In this document: positions 1-9,468 of the stretch, piece by piece
Layout: each line of letters opens with the position of its first letter
Numbering within the stretch: the stretch's first letter is position 1
Assembly (NCBI GenBank): GCA_963768175.1
Contig: CAVYGQ010000001.1
Location: 382,305-446,304 of the forward strand
Source of the DNA: Candidatus Doudnabacteria bacterium
Lineage (GTDB): Bacteria > Patescibacteriota > Doudnabacteria > UBA920
Length of the DNA stretch: 64,000 nt
Direction of reading: 5' to 3'
Notes under the pieces: model-generated
What the model was told of the DNA's origin: nothing
The model's database searches: none
What the model saw: the letters and a program-made list of their open reading frames with translations, nothing else
Position numbers and translations under genes: made by a program

Positions 1-69
1 TTTAATTTCACATCTTTACCCTGGAAGAGGTGTCCCCTCTTCCCTTCCGATTTTATGTTATAATAAAAT

Positions 70-1836
70 TTATTTCTTTAACTTCACCACCGCTTTCATA
101 AAACCGGCAAACAGCGGATGCGGGCTAAGCGGGCGGGATTGGAATTCGGGATGAAATTGCGAGCCTACAAAGAACGGATGATTTTTAAGCTCAATAATTT
201 CCACCAGCTTGCCGTCCGGCGTAGTGCCGGAAATCACCAAGCCGGCTTTTTGTAATTTTTCGCGGTATTGGTTATTAAACTCGTAGCGATGACGGTGGCG
301 CTCGTTAATTTTCGCTTTACCTGTTTTGCCTATAAGCTTTGCATCCATATAACATTTCTCTGTTATTGTGCCGCGGGTAATCACACAATCCCAGCCTCCC
401 AGGCGCATCGTAGCGCCGTATTCGCGGTTTAATAGCTTTTTTTCCTGGTCCGGCATGATATGGATAACCGGATGTGGGGTATCGTCGTCTACCTCGGTGG
501 TGTTGGCCATTTTTAGCCCGGCCACGTGGCGGGCAAACTCAATTGTGGCCATTTGCATGCCATAACACAATCCCAAATACGGAATGTTGTTTTCGCGCGC
601 ATACTGGATAGTTTGGACCATACCTTCCGTTCCCCTGCTGCCAAATCCGCCCGGCACCACAATGCCGTCAAATTCCCCCAAAACTTTTTTGGCGCCGTAC
701 TTTTCCACGTCTATGCTGGAAACCCAGTGCAAATTCGCCTTAACATTATTAGCCCATGAGCCGTGCTTAATTGCCTCCACGACCGAAATATACACATCGG
801 CCAGCTTGTAAGCGCCAGTTTCATAATATTTTCCCACAACCGCAATGTTTACCCCGTTAAATGACTGCGAAGCAGTCCCGCCTTTGGCGGATTTAACGGG
901 GTGAACTTCCTTTTTAGATGAATTAATTCTGGTAATTTTTTCCACTAGTTTTTTCCATTCCTTAAAATCGTTTTTCTTCGGCTTCATGCCGAATTCTGCC
1001 AAAATTTTATCCGTCAGATGCTGTTGCTCAAAATTCATCGGCACTTTATAAATACTGTCTACATCGGGCGCCGCGATGATATTCTGAACCGGCACGCTGG
1101 TAATCCACGCCAAAGTTTCTTTACGGCGGTCATCAATGGGTTTTTCCGCCCTGCAAATTAAAAAGTCAGGCTGAATGCCGCTGCCGTTTAAAATCCTGAC
1201 CGAAGTCTGCACAGGCTTGGATTTCATCTCTCCCACGCTCGGCGGGGTCGGCAAATAACCAACGTGTACGTGAATAACATCGCGGTTGTCGCGATATTTC
1301 ATAATACGATTGGCTTCCATATACAAAACGTTTTGGTACTCCCCCACCGTGCCGCCGATTTCCACAATTACAAAATCGGCCTTGCGCTCCTGCGCGGCTT
1401 TTTCAAATCTTGCGATTATCGCTTCCGGGACATGGGGCACAATTTCCACATCTTCGCCGTCATACTCAAAATTCCGTTCTTTTTGAACAATTTTCTGGTA
1501 AATTTGCCCGTTGGTTACATAGTTAGAGCTAGATAAATCGGCATTGATAAAACGTTCATAGTTGCCCAAATCCTGGTCGGTCTCCACGCCATCTTTGGTC
1601 ACAAACACTTCGCCATGCTCCTGCGGCCTTATGGTCCCCGCGTCCACATTTAAATACATATCGCATTTTACGGGCGCCACGGAATAACCGCGGCTTTCCA
1701 GCAACGCGGCAATAGACGCCGTGGTAATCCCCTTTCCGACCGACGAGATAACTCCGCCGGAAACAAAAATAAATTTGGTGTCTAGCTTTTTGGTTTTGCG
1801 GGCTTTGATGTGGTAGGACATATGATTATTGACCAA
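70..1836 (-). CDS. pyrG: CTP synthase
   Basis: 588-aa ORF with an N-terminal synthetase domain (FIFVSGGVISSVGKG) and a C-terminal glutamine amidotransferase domain (LGLCYGMQ, HPEF). The ORF-track start is TTG; the ATG at 1819-1821 (MSYHIK) is the more likely true start. Confidence 0.93.
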   Translation of the reverse strand: MVNNHMSYHIKARKTKKLDTKFIFVSGGVISSVGKGITTASIAALLESRGYSVAPVKCDMYLNVDAGTIRPQEHGEVFVTKDGVETDQDLGNYERFINADLSSSNYVTNGQIYQKIVQKERNFEYDGEDVEIVPHVPEAIIARFEKAAQERKADFVIVEIGGTVGEYQNVLYMEANRIMKYRDNRDVIHVHVGYLPTPPSVGEMKSKPVQTSVRILNGSGIQPDFLICRAEKPIDDRRKETLAWITSVPVQNIIAAPDVDSIYKVPMNFEQQHLTDKILAEFGMKPKKNDFKEWKKLVEKITRINSSKKEVHPVKSAKGGTASQSFNGVNIAVVGKYYETGAYKLADVYISVVEAIKHGSWANNVKANLHWVSSIDVEKYGAKKVLGEFDGIVVPGGFGSRGTEGMVQTIQYARENNIPYLGLCYGMQMATIEFARHVAGLKMANTTEVDDDTPHPVIHIMPDQEKKLLNREYGATMRLGGWDCVITRGTITEKCYMDAKLIGKTGKAKINERHRHRYEFNNQYREKLQKAGLVISGTTPDGKLVEIIELKNHPFFVGSQFHPEFQSRPLSPHPLFAGFMKAVVKLKK

Positions 1837-1924
1837 AATTAATTATGTAAAATTTCCGCCGTGGGCGGATCCGCCTTTGGCGGAAAATAAAATTGACAAA
1901 ATTGTTGCGTGTCGATCAACTTAT

Positions 1925-2425
1925 TTATTGACCGAACTTGATGTGCACGACTTTCTGATAAACCAAACTGCCATCCTTGGCAGAATAATCATTAAACTCA
2001 ATTTTGCCGGTAGGTGTAGTGGGGGTGGCAGCAAGTGTGACTGATATCTTAAACGGCGCGGGATGACCGTAGTTGTCACCGGCAATGGCATTGCCCTGAT
2101 ACAGAAGCTGGTTGCTATTGTCAAAAACTTTAATCGCTATATTGCCTTCAAACCAGCCTTGCGCGTAACCGGAAACAGTAAAGGTTTGGCCTACCATGTC
2201 TCCTGCTTTGGGAATGCCTACCTGTAATCTCCCGTCTGCTAAGACAGTCGGCGCCGATGTTTTCTGGCTAACCTGACGTATGGGCAGGGCGGCGGCTTCT
2301 AGTAGGTCCGTTTCTGCTTTGTCAATATAATAATCGTGGCATTGCTTATAAATCAACAGCCCAGCGCCGGAGGCGAACAAAAAGACAATCAGAAAAAAGA
2401 ATGCGGATTGCTGTCTGTCAGTCAT
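1925..2425 (-). CDS. membrane-anchored protein with a Gmad2/immunoglobulin-like beta-sandwich domain (hypothetical)
   Basis: N-terminal TM helix (FFFLIVFLFASGAGLLIY) followed by a Gly/Tyr-rich beta-rich domain that resembles Gmad2-type Ig-like domains. The assignment is by pattern only. Confidence 0.4.
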   Translation of the reverse strand: MTDRQQSAFFFLIVFLFASGAGLLIYKQCHDYYIDKAETDLLEAAALPIRQVSQKTSAPTVLADGRLQVGIPKAGDMVGQTFTVSGYAQGWFEGNIAIKVFDNSNQLLYQGNAIAGDNYGHPAPFKISVTLAATPTTPTGKIEFNDYSAKDGSLVYQKVVHIKFGQ

Positions 2426-2429
2426 AAAT

Positions 2430-2876
2430 TTACGCCGCTTCCACTTTAATGTTAATATTCGCCAAAATATGACTTCCCAATTTAAGTTTGGCCTTGTGCT
2501 CCCCGAGCTCTTTAACGGGTTTATCCAAAATTACCTGGCTGCGATCCATAAGCAAAGACATTTTTTTAGCGACAGCCTCCGCAATATCCCTTTCATGCAC
2601 CCCGCCAAAAACCTGCCCCTTATCCCCTACTTTTACTTTAAGCGTAAAGCTGCGCTTTTCTAAATCTTGCTTTAAGGCTTGCAATTTCTCGGCTTCTTTT
2701 AATTTTTTAATTTCCGACTCCTTTGCCTCTTTGGCTATTTGGGCTTGAATATCCGCCGTGGCAACCTGCGCAAAACCTTTGGCGATTAAAAAATTTTTGG
2801 CATAGCCGTCGCTCACATCCTTTATTTCGCCTTTCTTTGCCGTACCGCTAAGTTCTTTGATAAAAATTACTTTCAT
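2430..2876 (-). CDS. rplI: 50S ribosomal protein L9
   Basis: 148 aa; the N-terminus [31 protein letters not shown] matches the L9 N-domain consensus. Confidence 0.9.
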   Translation of the reverse strand: MKVIFIKELSGTAKKGEIKDVSDGYAKNFLIAKGFAQVATADIQAQIAKEAKESEIKKLKEAEKLQALKQDLEKRSFTLKVKVGDKGQVFGGVHERDIAEAVAKKMSLLMDRSQVILDKPVKELGEHKAKLKLGSHILANINIKVEAA

Positions 2877-2939
2877 AAAAAACGATACAAATATACGAAT
2901 TGCACACTAACCAGCCTCGACTAGACGTCGAGTCTAGGC

Positions 2940-3000
2940 GGGTGATACTAATCTACGATTCGTGTCATTCGCGTCCCATTCGTGGATTAGTATCGGTTAA
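2940..3000. repeat. partial copy of the CGAATGACACGAAT / ATTCGTGTCATTCG leader-repeat family (family C)
   Basis: gattcgtgtcattcgcgtcccattcgtg sits inside a 10-bp-stem hairpin (GATACTAATC...GATTAGTATC), upstream of rplI on the minus strand. It shares the attcgtgtcattcg...cggttaa module with 29745-29788 and 30905-30946. Confidence 0.45.
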
Positions 3001-3136
3001 CTAAACAAAAAAGCCCCGAACGCGAGAGTCGCTGTTTAAGGCTCTTTCTAAGTATACTGGTTTTTAGGAAATCCGCAAGTCCTAAAAAACTTTATTTGGG
3101 GATAAAATCCGTTAACCAAAAAACCTTTTATTTAAG

Positions 3137-4054
3137 CTAAATTTTTAAATATTTTCGGATAGCCATCATTGACGAAACCACGGAAAGCAACAACGCCAAC
3201 GCAAACAGGATCAAAACCAAATAGCCAAAATGAAACAGGCTGTTTCCGTAAAGATTTACCTGTGGGTTAACGTAAGCAATAACTTTGGGCAAAAATTTGT
3301 AAAAAACCGGAATAAACAAGGCCCCGGTAATTATTGTGGAAAAAATGCTGTATAAAACGCTCTCGGTTAAAAACGGCCCGCGGATATACCAATTGGTGGC
3401 CCCGACCAGGCGCATAATTTCCACCTCTTCTTTGCGGTTGTAGATGGTCAGGGTTATGGTGTTAAATATAACCAAAATGGCAATGAGCGTAAAAACCGCA
3501 ACCAGGGCCAGGCCAAATGTCACCACAAATTTTAGAATTTTATTTAAGCGGTCTATAACTACCCGGTTGTCCTCAAAATTTACTTTATCGATAAAACTTT
3601 TATACTGGTCCGATTCCAGATTTTGGGCTACTGCGGGATAATCGCCCAAATTGTACGTTTTTATATGCAATGTCGCGGGCAAGGGATTTTGGGTAAGTTC
3701 ATTTAAAGCCTGGGTTATTAAAGGATCGCTGTTGTGCGCTGCTTTAAAATTATCAAAAGCCTGGACAGCTGAAACGTAATCGACTTCCTTAATTCTTGGG
3801 TCTTGGGAAATTTCATCTTTAATTTTGGTAATCTGGTCTTCCGCTAAGCCGATTTTAAAATATACACTGACATCCACGGTATTTTGGATGGTATGAATGG
3901 AATAATTGGTTAAAATAAATACCAAAAACAAAGTAGAAAAAATTACCAGCGTAACGGTCATAACTATGGTGGCGGCCATAGACAGCCAAAAATTACGCCA
4001 AAAATTGACGAAACCGATTTTTATTACCCGCAAAAAAGAAATTGAATCCATCAT
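3137..4054 (-). CDS. ftsX: cell division permease FtsX
   Basis: 305 aa with 4 TM helices and a large extracytoplasmic loop, immediately downstream of ftsE. FtsX-like topology and conserved C-terminal TM bundle. Confidence 0.85.
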   Translation of the reverse strand: MMDSISFLRVIKIGFVNFWRNFWLSMAATIVMTVTLVIFSTLFLVFILTNYSIHTIQNTVDVSVYFKIGLAEDQITKIKDEISQDPRIKEVDYVSAVQAFDNFKAAHNSDPLITQALNELTQNPLPATLHIKTYNLGDYPAVAQNLESDQYKSFIDKVNFEDNRVVIDRLNKILKFVVTFGLALVAVFTLIAILVIFNTITLTIYNRKEEVEIMRLVGATNWYIRGPFLTESVLYSIFSTIITGALFIPVFYKFLPKVIAYVNPQVNLYGNSLFHFGYLVLILFALALLLSVVSSMMAIRKYLKI

Positions 4055-4057
4055 AAA

Positions 4058-4195
4058 ACAATGACAAAAATTAAAAAAATTAAATAAATGCCAAAAACGG
4101 CAGTTTACTGCCGTCCCGAATGGAATGAGGGATCCCTCGGATGCACTCGGGATGACAGCTATATAATAAATAGCGGTTTGTCATTTTTGCTCATT
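4058..4195. repeat. composite intergenic palindromic element: family A (TGACAAAAAT) with a nested family B core (gtcccgaatggaatgagggatccctcggatgcactcgggatgac)
   Basis: aatgacaaaaattaaaaaaat...ggcagtttactgcc hairpin, then a B core, then the inverted half gtttgtcatttttgctcatt. It lies between the ftsE stop and the ftsX start. Confidence 0.7.
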
Positions 4196-4871
4196 ATAAC
4201 TTGTAACTCCCCTTCTCCTGCTGCATGGTAATCCTCCCGTCTTCTATTGTCACCACGCGTTTTTTAATTTTATTAACAAGGTCAGAGGCATGGGTAGCTA
4301 ACATTACCGTAGTACCAAGCTGGTTGATTTTGAGCAGCAAATCCAAAACTTCGGCCGCGTTGACTGCATCCAAATTCCCCGTTGGTTCGTCAGCCAAAAG
4401 CAAAACCGGACGATGCGCTAAAGCCCGGGCAATAGCCACGCGTTGTTTTTCCCCGCCAGACAATTCTTCGGGAAAGCTGTTTTTTTTATGCAAAAGCCCT
4501 ACCAATTCCAAAATTTTAGGGACTTCATTTTGGATTTTCCTTTGGTTATGCCCGCAAACTTCCATGGCAAACGCCACGTTTTCAAATGCCGTGCGCCTGG
4601 GGAGCAACTTCATATCTTGAAACACCATACCGATTTTCCGCCTTAAATAAGGCAAATCCGATTTTCTTACCTGCGAAATATCCACGTCGTCTATTAAAAT
4701 TTTGCCACCGTCAATTTGCTCTTCACCAATAATTAACTTAAACAACGTGGTTTTACCGGCGCCTGACAACCCAACCAATGAAATAAATTCGCCATGATGA
4801 ATTTGCAAATTCACGCCGTCTAAAGCTTTGTTGTTTTGGTATTGTTTTACTACGTTTTCAAACTTAATCAT
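4194..4871 (-). CDS. ftsE: cell division ATP-binding protein FtsE
   Basis: Walker A GLSGAGKTT, ABC signature LSGGEKQRVAIARAL, Walker B LLLADEPTGNLD. The whole protein aligns collinearly with FtsE. Confidence 0.92.
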   Translation of the reverse strand: MIKFENVVKQYQNNKALDGVNLQIHHGEFISLVGLSGAGKTTLFKLIIGEEQIDGGKILIDDVDISQVRKSDLPYLRRKIGMVFQDMKLLPRRTAFENVAFAMEVCGHNQRKIQNEVPKILELVGLLHKKNSFPEELSGGEKQRVAIARALAHRPVLLLADEPTGNLDAVNAAEVLDLLLKINQLGTTVMLATHASDLVNKIKKRVVTIEDGRITMQQEKGSYKL

Positions 4872-4977
4872 ATTTACTTACAAGCTTATCAGCTGATATG
4901 CTTATCAGCTAGTCAGTATTTATTTCAAAAGATTTCTGTATCTTTATTATACCACAAAAGAAGAACGATCAAAAATT

Positions 4978-6078
4978 CTACTTTTGGGCATTTTGCTCCA
5001 AATATTTTTCTACGAACCCATCAAGCTCTCCGTTTAGCACGGAGTCGGGATCGGTGGATTCAAAACCGGTGCGGTGATCTTTGACCAGTTTATAGGGATG
5101 GATTACATATGAGCGAATCTGGTTCCCCCACTCCGCGGACTTAAATTCGCCGCGGATTTCCTGCTTTTCAGCCTGAAGCTTTTGCTCTTCCAAAGTTTTT
5201 AACTTGGCCATCAAAATTTTCATGGCCAATTCGCGATTTTGGTGCTGGCTACGTTCGTTTTGGATGGAAACTTTGATGCCGGTAGGAATATGGGTAATTC
5301 TAACGGCAGAATAAGTCGTGTTAACCGATTGCCCGCCGTGGCCGGATGAAGTATTGACCTCTATTTTTAAATCTTTTTCGTCCACCTTAAATTCTTCCTG
5401 CCGTTCGAGTAGCGGCAAAAGCTCCATTAGGGCGAACGACGTTTCGCGGGTATGCGCCGGGTTAAACGGCGAAAGGCGAACCAGCCGATGAACACCGGCT
5501 TCGCTTTTCAGCAAACCATAGGCAAAAGGTCCAAAAACTTCCACCACCGCGGTTTTTACTCCATCCTGCTCGCCCTTGCTTAACTCGATAACTTCCGTGG
5601 CAAATCCTTTTCTCTCGCAGTAGCGCAAAAACATCCGCAAAAGCATACTGGCCCAATCCTGCGCGTCCATTCCTCCGGCGCCGGAGTGAATGGAAAATAT
5701 GGCGTTGTGGTCGTCATATTTTTTACTAAGTAACGCGACAAAACGATTTTTTTGATATTGGTCTTCAAGCTCCTTAACTTCAACAGAGATGGTGCCCATC
5801 TCAGAGATGGGCACCATCTCGCCCTTTTGCAACTTTACCAATTCCAAATTTTCTTTAACTTGATTTTCCAAATTTTTCCAAAAGTCATAAAACTTTTTTA
5901 ATTGATTATAATCCCGCGATGTCTTTTGCGCATTTTCATTATCTGCCCAAAAATCTTTGGCCTGCATTTGTTTTTCCAATTCCAAAAGCTTCTGTTTTTT
6001 TTGCGGCAGATTTAAATTCGCTTTTAAATTTTTTACGTCAGCCAATAATGCTTCCAGACGTTTGGCAAGTTCATTCAC
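4978..6078 (-). CDS. prfB: peptide chain release factor 2
   Basis: GGQ motif (SGHGGQSVNTTYSAVRITHIPTG) and the RF2-specific SPF tripeptide (RLSPFNPAH). The reading frame is uninterrupted, with no programmed +1 frameshift. Confidence 0.9.
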   Translation of the reverse strand: MNELAKRLEALLADVKNLKANLNLPQKKQKLLELEKQMQAKDFWADNENAQKTSRDYNQLKKFYDFWKNLENQVKENLELVKLQKGEMVPISEMGTISVEVKELEDQYQKNRFVALLSKKYDDHNAIFSIHSGAGGMDAQDWASMLLRMFLRYCERKGFATEVIELSKGEQDGVKTAVVEVFGPFAYGLLKSEAGVHRLVRLSPFNPAHTRETSFALMELLPLLERQEEFKVDEKDLKIEVNTSSGHGGQSVNTTYSAVRITHIPTGIKVSIQNERSQHQNRELAMKILMAKLKTLEEQKLQAEKQEIRGEFKSAEWGNQIRSYVIHPYKLVKDHRTGFESTDPDSVLNGELDGFVEKYLEQNAQK

Positions 6079-6205
6079 CCCGTTAGAAATCCTTATTATT
6101 TATTCCTTAATAAAAAGGAATAGATTTTACAAATTAATTTTCCCGCCGAAATAACCAAAAACTATTTCTGACGGGATCCACTCAATTGGAAAAATTAATA
6201 CTAAA

Positions 6206-6685
6206 TCACTTCTTCTTTTGGTAAACCGCGAAAGTATAGTTTGGATATCTCTCTTCTTCCACCTTGTCCCACAAACTCCAGTCGATTTTCACAAAATAGG
6301 CATCGCCGCGGTAACTGCCATGGATATGGGTCATATAAATCTTTTCGGCATAAGGCAGGGCCAGCTTAAAAATCTGTTCGCCGCCGATAATGTACAAATC
6401 TTCATTTTTTAAGGCGCTAAAAACCTCCTCCAGGCTGCCAAACACCAACACACCTTCCGGCACCTTGTAGCCAACTTGCCGGGTAATTACAACGTTTTTT
6501 CTACCAGGCAAAGGCTTACCAAGGCGTTTGACAATGGATTCATAAGTTTTTCTGCCCATGACCACTGTCTTGCCCATGGTAATTTCCCTAAAACGCTTAA
6601 GGTCTTCGGAAAAATACCAGGGCAGCTCATTATCACTGCCAATAATTAAATTGTCCGACACGGCTATAGGGCCAAGTATAATCAT
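6206..6685 (-). CDS. folA: dihydrofolate reductase
   Basis: 159 aa; MIILGPIAVSDNLIIGSDNELPW and a GG motif (LYIIGGEQIF), typical DHFR. Immediately downstream of thyA. Confidence 0.88.
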   Translation of the reverse strand: MIILGPIAVSDNLIIGSDNELPWYFSEDLKRFREITMGKTVVMGRKTYESIVKRLGKPLPGRKNVVITRQVGYKVPEGVLVFGSLEEVFSALKNEDLYIIGGEQIFKLALPYAEKIYMTHIHGSYRGDAYFVKIDWSLWDKVEEERYPNYTFAVYQKKK

Positions 6686-6733
6686 AAAATTAATAGTGAT
6701 TATTAATTGTAAATTTTAGCGGCCAGTATTGTT

Positions 6734-7546
6734 TTAAATTGCTATTGGCGCCTTAATGCTTGGATACGGATCGTAGCCTTCCAAAGTAAAATCTTCAAAT
6801 TTAAAACCAAAAATGTCTTTGACCTCGGGGTTGATTTTCATTTTTGGCAAAGGTTTTGGCTGGCGTGACAATTGTAATTTTACCTGCTCAAAATGGTTAT
6901 TGTAAATATGCGCGTCGCCCAAAGTATGGACAAACTCGCCCAGCTCCCTGCCGGTGACCTGAGCCACCATCATAGTCAGTAAGGCGTAGGAAGCGATGTT
7001 AAACGGTACGCCCAAAAATGTGTCCGCGCTGCGCTGGTATAACTGGCAAGACAATTTATTATTGGCAACGTAAAACTGAAACATGGTGTGGCAAGGCGGC
7101 GGCGCAGTTTTTTTGCCTGCGATTAAGCTTTGCAAATCGGCCACATTCCAGCCCGACACAATCATCCGCCGGTTGTCGGGATTATTTTTAATTTGGTCAA
7201 CAACATAACTAATCTGATCGTAAGTTTCGCCGTTATAGCCTTTCCATGCCCGCCACTGCTTGCCGTAAACCGGGCCCAAATCCCCATTTGCGTCCGCCCA
7301 TTCGTTCCAAATAGTCACGCCGTGCTCATTTAACCATTTAACATTGGTATCGCCTTTTAAAAACCACAGCAGCTCGTAAATTATGGATTTTAAATGGACT
7401 TTTTTGGTAGTAACCAAAGGGAGGCCGTCGGCCAAATTAAAACGCATCTGGTAGCCAAAAATGCTTTTGGTGCCGGTTCCCGTCCGGTCGCGCTTCTCCG
7501 CGCCGTCATCCATAATTTTTTGCAAAAGATCCAAATATACTTTCAT
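6734..7546 (-). CDS. thyA: thymidylate synthase
   Basis: The dUMP-binding/catalytic region ([33 protein letters not shown]) matches ThyA. The most likely start is [11 protein letters not shown] at 7546; the ORF-track start at 7573 adds 9 extra residues. Confidence 0.92.
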   Translation of the reverse strand: MKVYLDLLQKIMDDGAEKRDRTGTGTKSIFGYQMRFNLADGLPLVTTKKVHLKSIIYELLWFLKGDTNVKWLNEHGVTIWNEWADANGDLGPVYGKQWRAWKGYNGETYDQISYVVDQIKNNPDNRRMIVSGWNVADLQSLIAGKKTAPPPCHTMFQFYVANNKLSCQLYQRSADTFLGVPFNIASYALLTMMVAQVTGRELGEFVHTLGDAHIYNNHFEQVKLQLSRQPKPLPKMKINPEVKDIFGFKFEDFTLEGYDPYPSIKAPIAI

Positions 7547-7558
7547 AAGTATTCCCAT

Positions 7559-7590
7559 CCCCCTCTTTTTCAAAGGAGGGGCTAGGGGAG
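7559..7590. repeat. GC hairpin (CCCCCTCTTTTTCAAAGGAGGGG) of the CCCCTC/GAGGGG hairpin family
   Basis: A perfect stem between the thyA start and the DUF559 gene stop. Related hairpins are at 7961-7990 and 16394-16513. Confidence 0.6.
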
Positions 7591-7591
7591 G

Positions 7592-7954
7592 TTATTTTTT
7601 TAGATGCCTTGATATTACTTCCAAAACTCCCTCTGTATTTTCCGTAATTTCTTTATTAGTGAATCTTAACACGGTAAAGCCCAAATCTTCAATATACTTT
7701 TGCCGCTCTTGATCCCCAACTCGGACCATTTGACCTGCGTAATGGCTATCCCCGTCTTCTTCAACAACCAGTTTAGCCGATGGGCAACAACAATCTACTA
7801 AAAATGGCCCGATCCCATATTGACGGCGAAATTTAAAACCTAACAGTTGATGGTTCCTCAACTTTGACCATAACAGACGTTCTATTGACGACTGGCTCCG
7901 GCGCAGCGTTCTCCTTAAATCTTTTTGGTCTTGCCGATTGAAGATATAAGCCAC
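7592..7954 (-). CDS. DUF559 endonuclease-domain protein (Vsr-like fold)
   Basis: 120 aa; FLVDCCCPSAKLVVEEDGDSH followed by LGFTVLRF, the hallmark of the DUF559 (very-short-patch-repair-like) family. It is bracketed by GC hairpins. Confidence 0.75.
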   Translation of the reverse strand: MAYIFNRQDQKDLRRTLRRSQSSIERLLWSKLRNHQLLGFKFRRQYGIGPFLVDCCCPSAKLVVEEDGDSHYAGQMVRVGDQERQKYIEDLGFTVLRFTNKEITENTEGVLEVISRHLKK

Positions 7955-7960
7955 AATAAC

Positions 7961-7990
7961 CTCCCTTAATCCCTCCTATAAATAGGAGGG
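7961..7990. repeat. GC hairpin CCCTCCTATAAATAGGAGGG
   Basis: A perfect 8-bp stem between the DUF559 gene start and the tmk stop. Confidence 0.6.
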
Positions 7991-8000
7991 AAATAAACCA

Positions 8001-8735
8001 CTATGACGGTTTAACATCTTTTAATGCTATCCTTCTTACCAAATCCCAGACTTTGTTGTGGATTTCCTGCGGGCTCAAAAGTTGCCCGTTGGATATACAT
8101 TCAACCAATTTTGTATTGGGAAACAGCCGGGCAATTTCCAAATAGGCTTTTTCCGCGTTAAGCAAATGCTTTAAGTCCGCTTCGTGCAGGTCGCGCTTCT
8201 TGCCGTTGGCATACTTGCGCTCGGTGGCCGACTTTTTATCCACCAATTTTTGCGCTATTTTAGCCGGAACATGCAAAATAACGTTTAAGTCCGGCTTGGG
8301 GATGCCAAAAATGTTGTATTCCAAATTGTCCAGCCATTTAAAAAACTTCAAACGGTCAATATCATCTGGAATCTTCCCGCCCTGATGCCCGGCATTGGCT
8401 GTAACATACCTGTTGGAAATCACGATTTTTCCCTCTTTGAGCCACTCTCTAATTTTAAAACTGGCGTCAAACCTGTCTATAGCGTAAAAAATAGATGCCG
8501 CTTTGGGCCCAACCTGCCCGTATTTGCCGTTTAAATATTCCTCTATAAGCCCGGCGGATTTAGTCCCGTATTGGGGAAAGTCCGTCATTTCCACCGGATA
8601 TCCGCCAAGCTTAAGCTCCTCTACCAAAAGATTGGTCTGGGTGGCTTTGCCGCTGCCGTCGGTGCCGTCAATCACAATAAATCGCCCGCGTTGTTTTTCC
8701 GTTCTTTTAGTTTTTCTGAATTTTAGTAAAGCCAT
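8001..8735 (-). CDS. tmk: thymidylate kinase
   Basis: P-loop RGRFIVIDGTDGSGKATQ, DRF/DRY-like motif (AIDRFDASF) and a lid region. 244 aa, somewhat longer than typical. Confidence 0.85.
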   Translation of the reverse strand: MALLKFRKTKRTEKQRGRFIVIDGTDGSGKATQTNLLVEELKLGGYPVEMTDFPQYGTKSAGLIEEYLNGKYGQVGPKAASIFYAIDRFDASFKIREWLKEGKIVISNRYVTANAGHQGGKIPDDIDRLKFFKWLDNLEYNIFGIPKPDLNVILHVPAKIAQKLVDKKSATERKYANGKKRDLHEADLKHLLNAEKAYLEIARLFPNTKLVECISNGQLLSPQEIHNKVWDLVRRIALKDVKPS

Positions 8736-8744
8736 AATCGTAAA

Positions 8745-8808
8745 ATTTCAAATACCAAATTACAAATCTCAAATGAATGTCAAATTTTTAAAATTTAAAA
8801 TTAATGTT
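8745..8808. repeat. intergenic imperfect palindrome built from CAAAT pentamer repeats
   Basis: aatttcaaataccaaattacaaatctcaaat ... atttgatatttgaaattggaaatttgaaatt. The arms are reverse complements of each other. Confidence 0.5.
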
Positions 8809-9369
8809 TTATTTGATATTTGAAATTGGAAATTTGAAATTACTTATTATTTCGTCAACTTTCTTATACAACTCCTTTATGCTCCCAATGTTATCTATGC
8901 GATAATCGGCCCGTTTGCCCATTTCCGGAATGCTGATTTCCGTCAACTCTTTTTCCTGTTCCCGAAATTCCTGAAAATTCATGACAGCATCGTCAATTTT
9001 TTCACGGCGGATTTGATAACGCGCAAAACGGACGTCAAAAGGCGCGGTCACGTAAATAATCTTCGCGCCCAAATCCTTAACCGCCCTTTCCTGTTCGTCC
9101 ATGCGCAAACCATTGATCACGGATACGCCTGTTTTGGAAGCTTTGGCTCTTTCTGCCAAAACCCTGTATAAAATCTCGTTGCCGAATATATTTCTCAAAC
9201 CCAAGCCCAAATCAATTTCGTTCCGGCGCGATTTTGGCAAACGCAATAAATCCAAAATTTCATCCAAAATCTGGCTGAACTTAACGCTAAAGGCGCCATA
9301 CTGTTTTTCCAAGTATCTGGCGACTGTGTCTTTACCAGCGAGTTTTTCTCCAACAAGACCAATAATCAT
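8809..9369 (-). CDS. P-loop NTPase, putative (deoxy)nucleotide/nucleoside kinase (paralog 1)
   Basis: 186 aa; the N-terminal P-loop GLVGEKLAGKDT is atypical, with D at the Ser/Thr position. The C-terminal block ADYRIDNIGSIKELYKKVDEII is shared with the paralog at 9988-10542. It sits inside the dTTP-synthesis gene cluster. Confidence 0.45.
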   Translation of the reverse strand: MIIGLVGEKLAGKDTVARYLEKQYGAFSVKFSQILDEILDLLRLPKSRRNEIDLGLGLRNIFGNEILYRVLAERAKASKTGVSVINGLRMDEQERAVKDLGAKIIYVTAPFDVRFARYQIRREKIDDAVMNFQEFREQEKELTEISIPEMGKRADYRIDNIGSIKELYKKVDEIISNFKFPISNIK

Positions 9370-9373
9370 AAAA

Positions 9374-9468
9374 CTAATGACAAAAATTAAATAAATGACA
9401 AAATTGACAAAAATAATAAGCTAAGTATTTTTTTAATTTTTGCTCATTTTCGCCATTTTTGCTCATTA
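9374..9468. repeat. family A intergenic palindromic element (aatgacaaaaattaaataaatgacaaaattgacaaaaat ... atttttgctcattttcgccatttttgctcatt)
   Basis: Inverted halves built on TGACAAAA / TTTTGCTCA units, between the kinase start and the dut stop. Confidence 0.75.

Noticed and set aside
4978-6078. Programmed +1 frameshift site in prfB
   Set aside because: The RF2 ORF is continuous from the N-terminus; there is no in-frame UGA near codon 25.
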